Source: Candidatus Evtepia faecavium (GTDB taxonomy: Bacteria > Bacillota > Clostridia > Oscillospirales > Oscillospiraceae). From it: a stretch of DNA of 64,000 nucleotides. Both the position numbers and the translations under genes were made by a program. Under the pieces are notes generated by a model. That model made no database searches. It was given only the letters and a program-made list of their open reading frames with translations, and had not been told where the DNA came from. The stretch lies in contig DXDK01000046.1 in NCBI GenBank assembly GCA_019115545.1, positions 39,706 to 103,705 of the forward strand. The letters are read 5' to 3'. Below, piece after piece: positions 40,198-49,346 of this stretch; within the stretch, counting starts at the first letter, position 1; each line of letters opens with the position of its first letter.

Positions 40198-40805
40198 AAG
40201 GCTTGCTTTTGAAAGACTTCTACCTGTGCTGTTCGGTGCTGTACCTGATGGTGCCGGTGGTGGCCATCCTGGGGGTTGCCCTGTCCCTGCTGGTCTCCAC
40301 CTGGGTGCTGGTGGTGCTGTCTACGGTGATGTTTGGGATGATCGCCGTATCCACCATCAACATGGACAGGGTTTCCGGCTGGCAAAAGGTGTCTGCCGTG
40401 CTGCCCCTGTCCCGGGCCCGGGTGGTGGACAGCAAGTATACCCTCTACCTCCTCCTCAGCGGGGCGGGGTTCCTGCTGGGCTTGGTGGTGGGCGGCGCGG
40501 TCTCCGGCATCCAGGGCGCCTTCGACTGGGCCACCATGGGGATCTACCTCGCCATCGGCGTGGACATGGCCCTTATGGCGGGGAGCTTCACCATCCCCCT
40601 CAGCTTCCTGCTGGGGGAGGAGAAGAATGTGCTGGCGGTGATCCTGGCTTATCCCATTGCGGCGGCGGCCTTCGTGGGGATCGTAGTGCCCCTGGGCGGG
40701 ACTGCCCTGGCCTGTGCCCTGGCGGCGGCGGTGGGGGCGGTGTGTTACCTCCTCTCCTGGATGCTGGCCCGGAAGGGCCTTGCCGCCCGAGAAGTAACCG
40801 GTTGA
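40194..40805 (+). CDS. ABC-2 type membrane protein
   Basis: 203-aa polytopic protein MKGLLLKDFYLCCSVLYLMV..., overlapping the ATPase gene by 4 nt. Confidence 0.75.
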   Translation: MKGLLLKDFYLCCSVLYLMVPVVAILGVALSLLVSTWVLVVLSTVMFGMIAVSTINMDRVSGWQKVSAVLPLSRARVVDSKYTLYLLLSGAGFLLGLVVGGAVSGIQGAFDWATMGIYLAIGVDMALMAGSFTIPLSFLLGEEKNVLAVILAYPIAAAAFVGIVVPLGGTALACALAAAVGAVCYLLSWMLARKGLAAREVTG

Positions 40806-40839
40806 CAGTGAGAGCAAGAGGCGCTACTATATATAGTAG
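40802..40839 (+). promoter_or_regulatory. Promoter plus 16-bp perfect palindrome (TetR operator candidate)
   Basis: TTGACA (40802-40807), 17 nt, TACTAT. CTACTATATATAGTAG at 40824-40839 covers the -10. Confidence 0.6.
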
Positions 40840-40910
40840 TACCCAACCCATTCCTGTGCCGCCGGCGGGTTCGGTCCGCCGGCGGCCCTTTGCTGTCAGG
40901 AGGCCCCGCT

Positions 40911-41513
40911 ATGACAGAACGGACCAAACCCGAGGACCTGCGGGTCCAGCGCTCCCGGGCGCTGCTGCTCCAGGCCCTCGTCTCCCTGCTCAACGAGAAA
41001 CCCTTTGACGAGATCCGGGTGACGGATCTCTGCGCCCGGGCGGGGGTCCATCGCTCCACCTTTTACGCCCACTTTACGGACAAGCTCCACCTGCTCACCT
41101 ACGGCATCCGGGAGCTGATGGACATCCTCATCGAGGCGCCCTCCCAGGAGCCGGGGCATTTCCAGCACGCAATGTACCGGGTGTTCAAGTACTTCAAGCT
41201 CCACCAGCAGGAGTACACCCTCCTTTTCCTCAACCCCCAGAACGCCGCGGCCAAGGACCTCTTCCTGAAGGAGTTCAGCCGCTGCCTGGAGCAGACCCTC
41301 CGGCAGCACCACCCCCAAGGAGGCGGGGAGGACCTCCGGGCCCGGAGCCTGTTCTTTACCGGGGGGCTGTTCATGGTGATGGCCTGGTGGCTGGAGCACG
41401 GCGCCCAGCCCGCCCCCCGGGAGATGGCCCGGCGGTTTGCCGGGATGGTCTCCCCGGGGTTCACCCTGCTGCCCCGGTCTTTGCCGGACGCCTGGGGCGG
41501 CTCGGCCGGGTGA
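40911..41513 (+). CDS. TetR/AcrR-family transcriptional regulator
   Basis: MTERTKPEDLRVQRSRALLLQALVSLLNEKPFDEIRVTDLCARAGVHRSTFYAHF. The ATG sits 7 nt after GGAGG. The track start at 40890 is an extension. Confidence 0.9.
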   Translation: MTERTKPEDLRVQRSRALLLQALVSLLNEKPFDEIRVTDLCARAGVHRSTFYAHFTDKLHLLTYGIRELMDILIEAPSQEPGHFQHAMYRVFKYFKLHQQEYTLLFLNPQNAAAKDLFLKEFSRCLEQTLRQHHPQGGGEDLRARSLFFTGGLFMVMAWWLEHGAQPAPREMARRFAGMVSPGFTLLPRSLPDAWGGSAG

Positions 41514-41548
41514 GGGGACAACCTGCGAGAGAAACGGAGGCACAAAAG

Positions 41549-42502
41549 ATGAAAACGATTTCCTGCGTACTGGGCCCGCTGCCGGTGGACCGGATGGGCA
41601 CCACCCTGGCCCATGAGCACATCTGCTGCGGGGACTGGTCCATGCGGGCCAACTTCGGCCCCCGGTTCTGCCCCGAGGAGAACCTGCTGGCCCGGGCGGT
41701 GGAACAGGTGAACCGGGCCAAGGCCGCCGGGGTGGCCACCATCGTGGACGGCACCGCCATCAACCTGGGGCGGGACATCCACCTGCTCCGCCAGGTCTCC
41801 CGGCTCACCGGGGTGAACCTGGTGGCCTCCAGCGGGTTTTACGACCAGGACGAGCCCTGGCTGGCGGGGCAGGTGGAGGGCTTCCTCTTCGACCTGCTGG
41901 ACCACGAGTGCAAGCACGGCATCGCCGGCACCGACTCCCGCCCGGGGCTCATGAAGTGCGCCGTGGGGACCCACGGCCTCACCCCCACCCGGGAGAAGAT
42001 CCTGCGCCTCACCGCACGGGTGGCGGTGGAGAACGACCTGCCCGTCTTCTGCCACCACGAGGTGAGCACCCGCTTAGGGCCCCAGATCCTGGACCTGCTC
42101 TGCGGGGAGGGGCTGGCCCCCCAGCGGATCATCCTGGGCCACGCCGGGGACAGTGAGGATTTGGATTACATCCTCTCCCTCCTGGACCGGGGCTGCTGGA
42201 TCGGCCAGGACCGCTGGCCCTACGACGGCCGGTTCAACACCGTGGCCAGCCGGGTGGAGACCATGGTCCAGCTGCGGCAACGGGGCCTGCTGGACCGGGT
42301 GCTCCTCTCCCACGACCTGTGCGTCTATCTGGGGTTCTGGGAGTCCATGGAGGCCTCCTTCGCCCGGGAGACCTTGTACGAGGGGGCCGACTTCACCTAC
42401 CTCTTCCGGACGGTCTTCCCCAAACTCCAGGCGGCCGGCTTCCCCCAGGAGGAGCTGGACCGGCTGATGACGGAGAACCCCCGGAACTTTTTTGCCGGGT
42501 AA
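41549..42502 (+). CDS. Phosphotriesterase-family (PTE/PHP, amidohydrolase superfamily) protein
   Basis: 317 aa from the ATG after ACGGAGG. MKTISCVLGPLPVDRMGTTLAHEHICC carries the HxH metal motif, with later ...VFCHH... and ...LLSHDL... The track ORF start at 41387 is an extension. Confidence 0.85.
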   Translation: MKTISCVLGPLPVDRMGTTLAHEHICCGDWSMRANFGPRFCPEENLLARAVEQVNRAKAAGVATIVDGTAINLGRDIHLLRQVSRLTGVNLVASSGFYDQDEPWLAGQVEGFLFDLLDHECKHGIAGTDSRPGLMKCAVGTHGLTPTREKILRLTARVAVENDLPVFCHHEVSTRLGPQILDLLCGEGLAPQRIILGHAGDSEDLDYILSLLDRGCWIGQDRWPYDGRFNTVASRVETMVQLRQRGLLDRVLLSHDLCVYLGFWESMEASFARETLYEGADFTYLFRTVFPKLQAAGFPQEELDRLMTENPRNFFAG

Positions 42503-42518
42503 TGCACTGCAATCGAAC

Positions 42519-42558
42519 GCACCGGCCTCTTCCCAAAGGGAGAGGCCGGTGCTTCTTT
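42519..42558. terminator. Bidirectional intrinsic terminator
   Basis: GCACCGGCCTCT(T)CCC-AAA-GGGAGAGGCCGGTGC followed by TTCTTTG. It lies between the convergent gene ends at 42502 and 42581. Confidence 0.8.
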
Positions 42559-42580
42559 GCGTTCTCTGTGCAAGGAAAGG

Positions 42581-43621
42581 TTAAAGGTCCCATTGCGCCA
42601 CGAGTTCTTCCAATTCCGAACCTGCAAAGAGAAAGGCGTATTCTTCCTTGCTTGCCAGCTCATCGAGCAATGTGTTTACCAGCCTGCCGGAAAGCCACGT
42701 GGCGTCGCTGCCATCTGCATGGCGATACAAGGGGCAATCCTGCGGATCCCACGCTTTTTTCATGGCAGGCAGCATTTTTTGCAGGATGGACAGGCTTCTG
42801 TCCTTGTCCTTTTTCGCCAGGGCAAGCTGCAAATGGGCATTGTAGCGCATCCACTCTGGAAAATAAAACCGACGGGCAAGGGTTTCATAGGCATCTGCGA
42901 AAAAGGCTGCGTCATCCTCCCGTTTCTCCTGCAATGCGATTTCCAGCAGATGGATGAAAGCCGTTTGTACCTCGGTTATGCCTTTGATGGTGCGGTGCTC
43001 CCAGAGCTTTTCCGCATCCTGATACCGTTCCTGCCGCTGATAGAGGATCGCCAGTTGTTCTTCTCTGTCTATCGTAGAGAAGGGCAATGTATGGATCAGT
43101 TCCTCTGCCTTTGAAAAATCGCCGCGATTTCGCGCATAGGAGATCAGCATACTGGTTGCGGTATCTCTTATCTCCGGACTGTCGCTTGTGGCCAAACGCT
43201 GGTAAAAGGGTTCATATCTCTCTTGGTATTGCGCAGGGGCAGATACATTGTAAAGGGTCAGCGCCCCCTCTAAATACAGAATGGCGGAATAGAGCAATCG
43301 TTCGCAGGTGGGATATTCCTGTATTTTGTGGATGGCTTTTTGGAACGCGGCATCGTAGCCCTGCTCCTGCACCGTCTCATCCAGGCCGTCCACAAACTGT
43401 ACAATCTCCCGATCGGTCAGATCGTCATGGAAGGACAGCAGCGTGTTCAAATCGGTTTTCAACAGACGTGCCAAGGCGGGCAAAAGGGTAATGTCGGGAT
43501 AAGTGGTGCCTTTCTCCCATTTGTTCACCGCCGGCGTGGACACCCCCAAAAACTCTGCGACTTGCTCTTGCGTCAAGGACAACGCTTTCCGCTTTTCCCG
43601 GATGATCTCGTTGATTTTCAT
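42581..43621 (-). CDS. XRE-family HTH regulator with C-terminal helical-repeat (TPR-like) domain
   Basis: 346 aa from the ATG at 43621 (SD GGGAGG). MKINEIIREKRKALSLTQEQVAEFLGVSTPAVNKWEKGTTYPDITLLPALARLL precedes an alpha-repeat region of about 280 aa. GC is markedly lower than in the neighbours. The track start at 44065 is an extension. Confidence 0.8.
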   Translation of the reverse strand: MKINEIIREKRKALSLTQEQVAEFLGVSTPAVNKWEKGTTYPDITLLPALARLLKTDLNTLLSFHDDLTDREIVQFVDGLDETVQEQGYDAAFQKAIHKIQEYPTCERLLYSAILYLEGALTLYNVSAPAQYQERYEPFYQRLATSDSPEIRDTATSMLISYARNRGDFSKAEELIHTLPFSTIDREEQLAILYQRQERYQDAEKLWEHRTIKGITEVQTAFIHLLEIALQEKREDDAAFFADAYETLARRFYFPEWMRYNAHLQLALAKKDKDRSLSILQKMLPAMKKAWDPQDCPLYRHADGSDATWLSGRLVNTLLDELASKEEYAFLFAGSELEELVAQWDL

Positions 43622-43925
43622 AGCGAACCTCCCTTGCTTTTGTACCCATATGATAGCAGAGCAAGGTGGGAGGGACAATAGAGCCGTCGTTAAATGGGGG
43701 AGTGCAAAAATGAACCAAGGGTTAAAAAGGAAACCGTAAGCAGCTGGCCCAAGTTCCTGCGCGTTGCTTTTTGCCGGGGGGAAACCAAGGGCCGGCCATG
43801 CCCCCAGGGGCCCGTCCGGCCCGCCCCTGAGGGCACGCAGCCGGGGAGGGAAAGCGCCCAAAAGCCCCGGGAAAAGGGGCGGGGCTTTTGGAGAAAATTT
43901 TCCCGGCGGGAGGGCGAAAAAATGG

Positions 43926-43954
43926 TTGACAGAGGGTGGAATCTGTAGTAGTAT
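43926..43954 (+). promoter_or_regulatory. Promoter of the S10 ribosomal protein operon
   Basis: TTGACA, 17 nt, TAGTAT, preceded by an A-rich stretch (GAAAAAATGG). Confidence 0.6.
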
Positions 43955-43960
43955 ATATGA

Positions 43961-44230
43961 GCGCCTGAATGGGCGCAGTCTGCGATGAGGCGGGAGATTG
44001 CGGTGCAAACCGGTAACTTCCGCGGAGTATGTCCGTGAATCGGGCGGCTGGAGAATCTGCTGCATGGCGTATATCGCCGTGACAGGAGGGGCGAAGCCGG
44101 CGAAGTATGCCGGTTTTCTTCATGCTCAAGGAGTGATACGCACGGTTAAGTGTATCGGATTCTCCACCGTACGAAGCGTGGCAGAGACACAATGACACTT
44201 CGTATGTTTTTTTAGGAGGAACACAGCAAC
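43961..44230 (+). promoter_or_regulatory. Long structured leader of the S10 operon with attenuator-like hairpin
   Basis: The untranslated leader is about 270 nt. Hairpins lie at 43961-43976 and 44093-44120. ACGAAG...CTTCGT (44171-44203) is followed by T7 (44207-44213), just before the SD AGGAGG. Confidence 0.5.
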
Positions 44231-44542
44231 ATGGCACAGAACGAAATGATTCGGATCCGCCTGAAGGCCTATGACCATCAGCTGATCGACCAGAGCGCAG
44301 AGAAGATCGTGGAGACCGCCAAGAGAACCGGCGCCACCGTCTCCGGCCCCATCCCCCTGCCCACCAAGAAGGAGGTCGTCACCATCCTTCGCGCCGTCCA
44401 CAAGTACAAGGACAGCCGGGAGCAGTTCGAGCGCCGCACCCACAAGCGCCTGATCGACATCAACAACCCCAGCCCCAAGACCGTGGAGGCGCTGATGAGC
44501 CTGGATCTGCCCGCCGGTGTGGAGATCGAGATCAAGCTCTGA
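44231..44542 (+). CDS. rpsJ: 30S ribosomal protein S10
   Basis: [35 protein letters not shown]... is a conserved uS10. Confidence 0.98.
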   Translation: MAQNEMIRIRLKAYDHQLIDQSAEKIVETAKRTGATVSGPIPLPTKKEVVTILRAVHKYKDSREQFERRTHKRLIDINNPSPKTVEALMSLDLPAGVEIEIKL

Positions 44543-44694
44543 TCCCCCCTTTTGGCATCCACCGGCACCTATTTAACTATGTGTACCCGCTGCCTGTCGC
44601 CCTATCGTGAGACAGGCGGGTCATGTTGACAAACCAATGACAGCCCAATGGTCACGTTTGCCAACCAATAACCTGAATAAGGAGGAAAACCAAT

Positions 44695-45420
44695 ATGGAA
44701 AAGGCCATCATCGGCAGAAAGATCGGCATGTCCCAGATCTTTGACGAAGCCGGTAAGGTCATCCCGGTCACTGTCATCGAGGCAGGCCCCTGCGTCGTGG
44801 TGCAGAAGAAGACCGAGGAGAAGGACGGCTACAACGCCGTGCAGCTGGGCTTCCAGGACGTTCCCGAACGGAAGCTCACCAAGCCCGAGCAGGGCCACCT
44901 GAAGAAAGCAGAAGTCCCCATGAAGAAGGTCCTCAAGGAGTTCAAGCTGGATAAGGCAGCTGAGATGAACGTGGGCGACGAGATCAAGGCCGACACCTTT
45001 GCCAAGGGCGATCACATCGACGTGACCGGCATCAGCAAGGGCAAGGGCTTCCAGGGCGTGGTCAAGCGTTGGAACGCTGGCCGTGGCCGGATGACCCACG
45101 GCGGCGGCCCCGTCCACCGTCATGCCGGTTCCATGGGCTCCGGTACCGATCCTTCCCGCATCTTCAAGGGCAAGATCGGCGCTGGCCACATGGGCGCTGA
45201 GCAGGTCACCGTCCAGAACCTGGACGTGGTGAGCGTAGACCCCGAGTTCAACCTCATCGCGGTCTGCGGCGCCGTGCCCGGCCCCAAGGGCGGCATCGTC
45301 TACCTGAAGTCCACCGTGAAGACCCTCCGGGAGAAGAAGGGCGAAGCCGGCACCAGCGTCAACCCGCAGAAGGCCTCTGCCCGCGCCAACCCCCAGAAGG
45401 CGTCCGCCAGAAACCGGTAA
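44695..45420 (+). CDS. rplC: 50S ribosomal protein L3
   Basis: [33 protein letters not shown]... is uL3. It is 241 aa with a C-terminal extension of about 30 aa containing a tandem NPQKASAR. Confidence 0.97.
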   Translation: MEKAIIGRKIGMSQIFDEAGKVIPVTVIEAGPCVVVQKKTEEKDGYNAVQLGFQDVPERKLTKPEQGHLKKAEVPMKKVLKEFKLDKAAEMNVGDEIKADTFAKGDHIDVTGISKGKGFQGVVKRWNAGRGRMTHGGGPVHRHAGSMGSGTDPSRIFKGKIGAGHMGAEQVTVQNLDVVSVDPEFNLIAVCGAVPGPKGGIVYLKSTVKTLREKKGEAGTSVNPQKASARANPQKASARNR

Positions 45421-45439
45421 GGAAAGGAGAGTTTGAGAA

Positions 45440-46060
45440 ATGCCTAAAGCTACTGTTTATAACATGGCCGGCCAGCAGGTCGGCGAGGTGGAACTCTCCG
45501 AGGGCGTGTTCGGCGTAGAGCCCAACGAGCCCGCCGTCCATGCCGTCGTGGTGAACCACCTGGCAAACTGCCGCCAGGGCACCCAGAGCGCCCTGACCCG
45601 CGCCGAGGTTTCCGGCGGCGGCAAGAAGCCCTGGAGACAGAAAGGTACCGGCCACGCCCGTCAGGGCAGCACCCGTGCGCCCCAGTGGACCCACGGCGGT
45701 ATCGTCTTCGCCCCCAAGCCCAGAGACTACAGCTACCGCGTCAACCGCAAGCTGAAGCGGCTGGCCCTGAAGTCCGCCCTGTCCGCCAAGGCTGCCAGCG
45801 GCGACCTGCTGGTGGTCGACAACCTGGCTCTGGACGAGATCAAGACCAAGAGCATCCAGGCCTTCCTGGATGCCGTGAGCGCCGGCAAGACCATCTTTGT
45901 CACCCCCGAGGTCAACGAGAACGTGTACAAGTCCGCACGGAACATCCCCGGTGTCTCCACCACCACCGCCAAGATCCTCAGCGTCTACGACATCGTCAAC
46001 GCCGAGAAGCTGGTCGTTGACCAGAAGGCGCTGGCCATCATCGAGGAGGTGTTCGCATGA
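45440..46060 (+). CDS. rplD: 50S ribosomal protein L4
   Basis: ...[25 protein letters not shown]... is uL4. Confidence 0.97.
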   Translation: MPKATVYNMAGQQVGEVELSEGVFGVEPNEPAVHAVVVNHLANCRQGTQSALTRAEVSGGGKKPWRQKGTGHARQGSTRAPQWTHGGIVFAPKPRDYSYRVNRKLKRLALKSALSAKAASGDLLVVDNLALDEIKTKSIQAFLDAVSAGKTIFVTPEVNENVYKSARNIPGVSTTTAKILSVYDIVNAEKLVVDQKALAIIEEVFA

Positions 46061-46353
46061 AGACAGCATACGACATCATCAGACGCCCTGTGATCACCGA
46101 ACAGTCCATGGCGGATACCGAGAACAAGAAGTATGTCTTCGAGGTGGCCAAGGACGCCACCAAGATTGAGATCGCCAAGGCCGTGGAAGAGGTCTTCGGC
46201 GTAAAGGTCATCAAGGTCAACACCCTGCGGGTGACCGGCAAGCTCAAGCGCACCGGCCGTTATCCCGCCGGCCGCCGGCCCAGCTGGAAGAAGGCTGTGG
46301 TCACCCTGTCCGACGATTCCAAGTCCATCGAGTTCTTCGAAGGAATGGCATAA
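46057..46353 (+). CDS. rplW: 50S ribosomal protein L23
   Basis: [18 protein letters not shown]...KYVFEV is uL23, with an ATGA overlap to rplD. Confidence 0.96.
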   Translation: MKTAYDIIRRPVITEQSMADTENKKYVFEVAKDATKIEIAKAVEEVFGVKVIKVNTLRVTGKLKRTGRYPAGRRPSWKKAVVTLSDDSKSIEFFEGMA

Positions 46354-46368
46354 GGAGGTTAATGCACT

Positions 46369-47205
46369 ATGGCTATTAAGAGCTACAAGCCCACAACGCC
46401 TTCCCGCCGCAACATGACGGTCTCCGCGTTTGAGGGCATCGATAAGAAGGCCAAGCCGGAGCGTAGCCTGACTGAAACTCTGAAGAAGAACGCAGGACGC
46501 AACAGCTACGGCCGCATCACCGTCCGCCACCGCGGCGGCGGCAACAAGCGCAAGTACCGCATCATCGACTTCAAGCGGGACAAGATGGATATGCCTGCCA
46601 CCGTCCTCCGCCTGGAGTACGACCCCAACCGCAGCGCCAACATCGCCCTGGTCCAGTACGAGGACGGCGAGAAGCGCTACATCCTGGCCCCCGTTGGCCT
46701 GAAGGCCGGCGACCAGGTCATCTCCTCCGCCCAGGCCGACATCAAGCCCGGCAACTGCCTGCCCCTGGCAAACATCCCCACCGGCACCGTCATCCACAAC
46801 ATCGAGCTCTATCCCGGCAAGGGGGCCCAGCTGGTCCGCTCCGCCGGCACCTCCGCCCAGCTGATGGCCAAGGAAGGTGACCAGGCTCAGATCCGGATGC
46901 CCTCCGGTGAGGTGCGCATCGTCCGCCTCAACTGCAAGGCCTCCATCGGCCAGGTGGGCAACATCGACCATGAGAACATTTCCATCGGCAAGGCCGGTCG
47001 GAAGCGTCACATGGGCTGGAGACCCACCGTCCGCGGCTCCGTCATGAACCCCAATGACCACCCCCACGGCGGCGGCGAGGGCAAGTCCCCCGTGGGCCGT
47101 CCCGGGCCTGTTACCCCCTGGGGCAAGCCGGCCATGGGCTACAAGACGCGCAAGAAGAACCACCGCACTGACAAGTTCATTGTCAAGCGCCGCAACGCGA
47201 AGTAA
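46369..47205 (+). CDS. rplB: 50S ribosomal protein L2
   Basis: [14 protein letters not shown]...[18 protein letters not shown]...HPHGGGEGK is uL2. Confidence 0.98.
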   Translation: MAIKSYKPTTPSRRNMTVSAFEGIDKKAKPERSLTETLKKNAGRNSYGRITVRHRGGGNKRKYRIIDFKRDKMDMPATVLRLEYDPNRSANIALVQYEDGEKRYILAPVGLKAGDQVISSAQADIKPGNCLPLANIPTGTVIHNIELYPGKGAQLVRSAGTSAQLMAKEGDQAQIRMPSGEVRIVRLNCKASIGQVGNIDHENISIGKAGRKRHMGWRPTVRGSVMNPNDHPHGGGEGKSPVGRPGPVTPWGKPAMGYKTRKKNHRTDKFIVKRRNAK

Positions 47206-47219
47206 GGAGGAGGCAGACT

Positions 47220-47492
47220 ATGAGCAGAAGCATCAAGAAAGGCCCGTTTTGCGCTCCCGAGCTTCTCAAGCGGGTTAAGGAAATGAACGAGTCCGGCGAC
47301 AAGAAGGTGCTCAAGACCTGGAGCAGAGCCTCCACCATCTTCCCCGCCTTCGTCGGCCACACCATCGCCGTCCACGATGGCCGCAAGCACGTGCCCGTCT
47401 ATATCACCGAGGATATGGTGGGCCACAAGCTGGGTGAGTTTGCCCCCACCCGCACCTTCCGCGGCCACGCCGGCAGCAAGACTGGTAAGTAA
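47220..47492 (+). CDS. rpsS: 30S ribosomal protein S19
   Basis: [19 protein letters not shown]...[23 protein letters not shown] is uS19. Confidence 0.98.
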   Translation: MSRSIKKGPFCAPELLKRVKEMNESGDKKVLKTWSRASTIFPAFVGHTIAVHDGRKHVPVYITEDMVGHKLGEFAPTRTFRGHAGSKTGK

Positions 47493-47507
47493 GGAGGAGA
47501 GACAACG

Positions 47508-47843
47508 ATGGTAGCAAAAGCGCATGCAAGATATCTGCGGATCTCTCCCCGCAAGGTGAAGATCGTCGCGGACCTGATCCGCGGGAAGAGCCTGACCCAG
47601 GCCACCGGCATCCTGCTGACCACCCCCAAGGCAGCTTCCGAGCCCCTTCTGAAGCTGCTCAACAGCGCGGCGGCCAACGCAGAGAACAACCACAAGATGG
47701 ACCCCGAGAAGCTCTATGTCTCCGAGGTCTTTGCGACCCCCGGCCCCATCATCAAGCGCATCATGCCCCGCGCCCAGGGCCGTGCCTATCGCATCAATAA
47801 GAGAACCTCTCACGTCACCATCGCCGTGGCGGAGAAGGAATAA
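47508..47843 (+). CDS. rplV: 50S ribosomal protein L22
   Basis: AHARYLRISPRKVKIVADLIRGK...RAQGRAYRINKRTSHVTI is uL22. Confidence 0.97.
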   Translation: MVAKAHARYLRISPRKVKIVADLIRGKSLTQATGILLTTPKAASEPLLKLLNSAAANAENNHKMDPEKLYVSEVFATPGPIIKRIMPRAQGRAYRINKRTSHVTIAVAEKE

Positions 47844-47858
47844 GGGAGGAGGCAGATT

Positions 47859-48692
47859 ATGGGACAGAAAGTAAATCCCCACGGCCTGCGCGTGGGCGTC
47901 ATTAAGGACTGGGATTCCCGCTGGTATGCCCGCAACGAAAAAGTGGGCGATCTGGTCGTTGAAGACTACAACCTGCGGAAGTATCTGAAGAAGACCCTGT
48001 ACTCCGCCGGCATCCCCAAGATCGAGATCGAGCGTGACAACGCCAAGATCAAGATCTATCTCCACTGCGCCCGCCCCGGCGTGGTCATCGGCAAGGGCGG
48101 CACCGAGATCGAGCGGCTGCGCCTGGAGCTGGAGAAGAAGCTGGGCAAGCCCGTTGCCCTGAACATCGTGGAGGTCAAGACCCCCGACACCGACGCCCAG
48201 CTGGTGGCCGAGAACATCGCCCAGCAGCTGGAGAAGCGGATCTCCTTCCGCCGGGCCATGAAGAACAGCATGGGCCGCGCCATGCGGATGGGCGCCCGCG
48301 GCATCAAGGTCATGTGCTCCGGCCGCCTGGGCGGGGCTGAGATCGCCCGCAGCGAGTGCTATCACGACGGCACCATCCCCCTGCAGACCATCCGTGCCGA
48401 CATCGACTACGGCTTTGCTGAGGCTGCCACCACCTACGGCCGCATCGGCATCAAGGTTTGGATCTACAAGGGCGAGGTCCTCAGCCAGACCCTCCGCACC
48501 ACCCCCCGCACCCTGGACACCAAGAACTTCAAGGAGCGCTCCGACCGTCCTCGCCGCCGCGACGGCAGAGGCGGCTACAACCGCGACCGCAAGCCCGGCT
48601 ATGGCAACCGTCCGCAGGGTGGTTACAACAACAACCGTGGTCCCCGGCCTGCTGCCGGCGGATCTGCTCCCAAGGAAGGAGGCAAAGCCTAA
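47859..48692 (+). CDS. rpsC: 30S ribosomal protein S3
   Basis: [24 protein letters not shown]... is uS3. It is 277 aa with a C-terminal tail of about 58 aa rich in Arg, Gly and Asn. Confidence 0.97.
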   Translation: MGQKVNPHGLRVGVIKDWDSRWYARNEKVGDLVVEDYNLRKYLKKTLYSAGIPKIEIERDNAKIKIYLHCARPGVVIGKGGTEIERLRLELEKKLGKPVALNIVEVKTPDTDAQLVAENIAQQLEKRISFRRAMKNSMGRAMRMGARGIKVMCSGRLGGAEIARSECYHDGTIPLQTIRADIDYGFAEAATTYGRIGIKVWIYKGEVLSQTLRTTPRTLDTKNFKERSDRPRRRDGRGGYNRDRKPGYGNRPQGGYNNNRGPRPAAGGSAPKEGGKA

Positions 48693-49135
48693 TGCTGCTG
48701 CCCAAGAGAGTCAAATACCGCCGCGTGCACCGTGGCCGCCTGAAGGGCAAGGCTACCCGCGGCAACACCGTGACTTACGGTGATTTCGGGCTTCAGGCCC
48801 TGGAGCCCGCCTGGATCACCAGCAACCAGATCGAGGCCGCCCGTGTGGCCATGACCCGTTACACCAAGCGTGGCGGTAAGGTCTGGATCAAGATTTTCCC
48901 CGACAAGCCCATCACCGAGAAGCCCGCCGAGACCCGCATGGGTTCCGGTAAGGGTTCCCCCGAGTACTGGGTGGCCGTGGTCAAGCCCGGCCGTGTGATG
49001 TTCGAGATCGCCGGCGTCTCCGAGGAGGTCGCCCGCGAGGCCCTGCGTCTGGCCAGCCACAAGCTGCCCATCAAGACGAAGATCGTGGCCAAGGAAGAAA
49101 CGGCCCCTGAGAGCGAGAATGGTGGTGAAGCATGA
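48692..49135 (+). CDS. rplP: 50S ribosomal protein L16
   Basis: [25 protein letters not shown]... is uL16. The ATG overlaps the rpsC stop (TAATG). The track ORF at 48458 is an upstream extension. Confidence 0.97.
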   Translation: MLLPKRVKYRRVHRGRLKGKATRGNTVTYGDFGLQALEPAWITSNQIEAARVAMTRYTKRGGKVWIKIFPDKPITEKPAETRMGSGKGSPEYWVAVVKPGRVMFEIAGVSEEVAREALRLASHKLPIKTKIVAKEETAPESENGGEA

Positions 49136-49332
49136 TGAAGGCAAACGAGGTACGCAAGCTGTCTTCCGCTGACCTGGAAAAGAAGCTGACCGAGCTGAAG
49201 AAGGACCTCTTCCAGCTCCGTCTCCAGCATGCCACCAATCAGCTGGAAAACCCTGTCCGCATCACCGAAGTGAAGCGCGACATTGCCAGAGTCAAGACCA
49301 TCATCCGTGAGCAGCAGCTCGCTGGCCAGTAA
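49132..49332 (+). CDS. rpmC: 50S ribosomal protein L29
   Basis: [32 protein letters not shown] is uL29, overlapping the rplP stop. Confidence 0.95.
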   Translation: MMKANEVRKLSSADLEKKLTELKKDLFQLRLQHATNQLENPVRITEVKRDIARVKTIIREQQLAGQ

Positions 49333-49346
49333 GGAGGAACGGAATC

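Noticed and set aside
43650-43739. 29-aa ORF (MIAEQGGRDNRAVVKWGSAKMNQGLKRKP) divergent from the XRE-TPR regulator, considered as a signalling pro-peptide
   Set aside because: It has no SD. It is hydrophilic and basic, with no signal or hydrophobic segment, unlike SHP/PapR/Phr-type peptides. It is the tail of a longer spurious frame.
42503-43930. Integrase, transposase or att-like direct repeats flanking the low-GC XRE-TPR island
   Set aside because: Reading both strands showed no recombinase-like ORF and no obvious flanking direct repeats. The island is reported only as a compositional anomaly.
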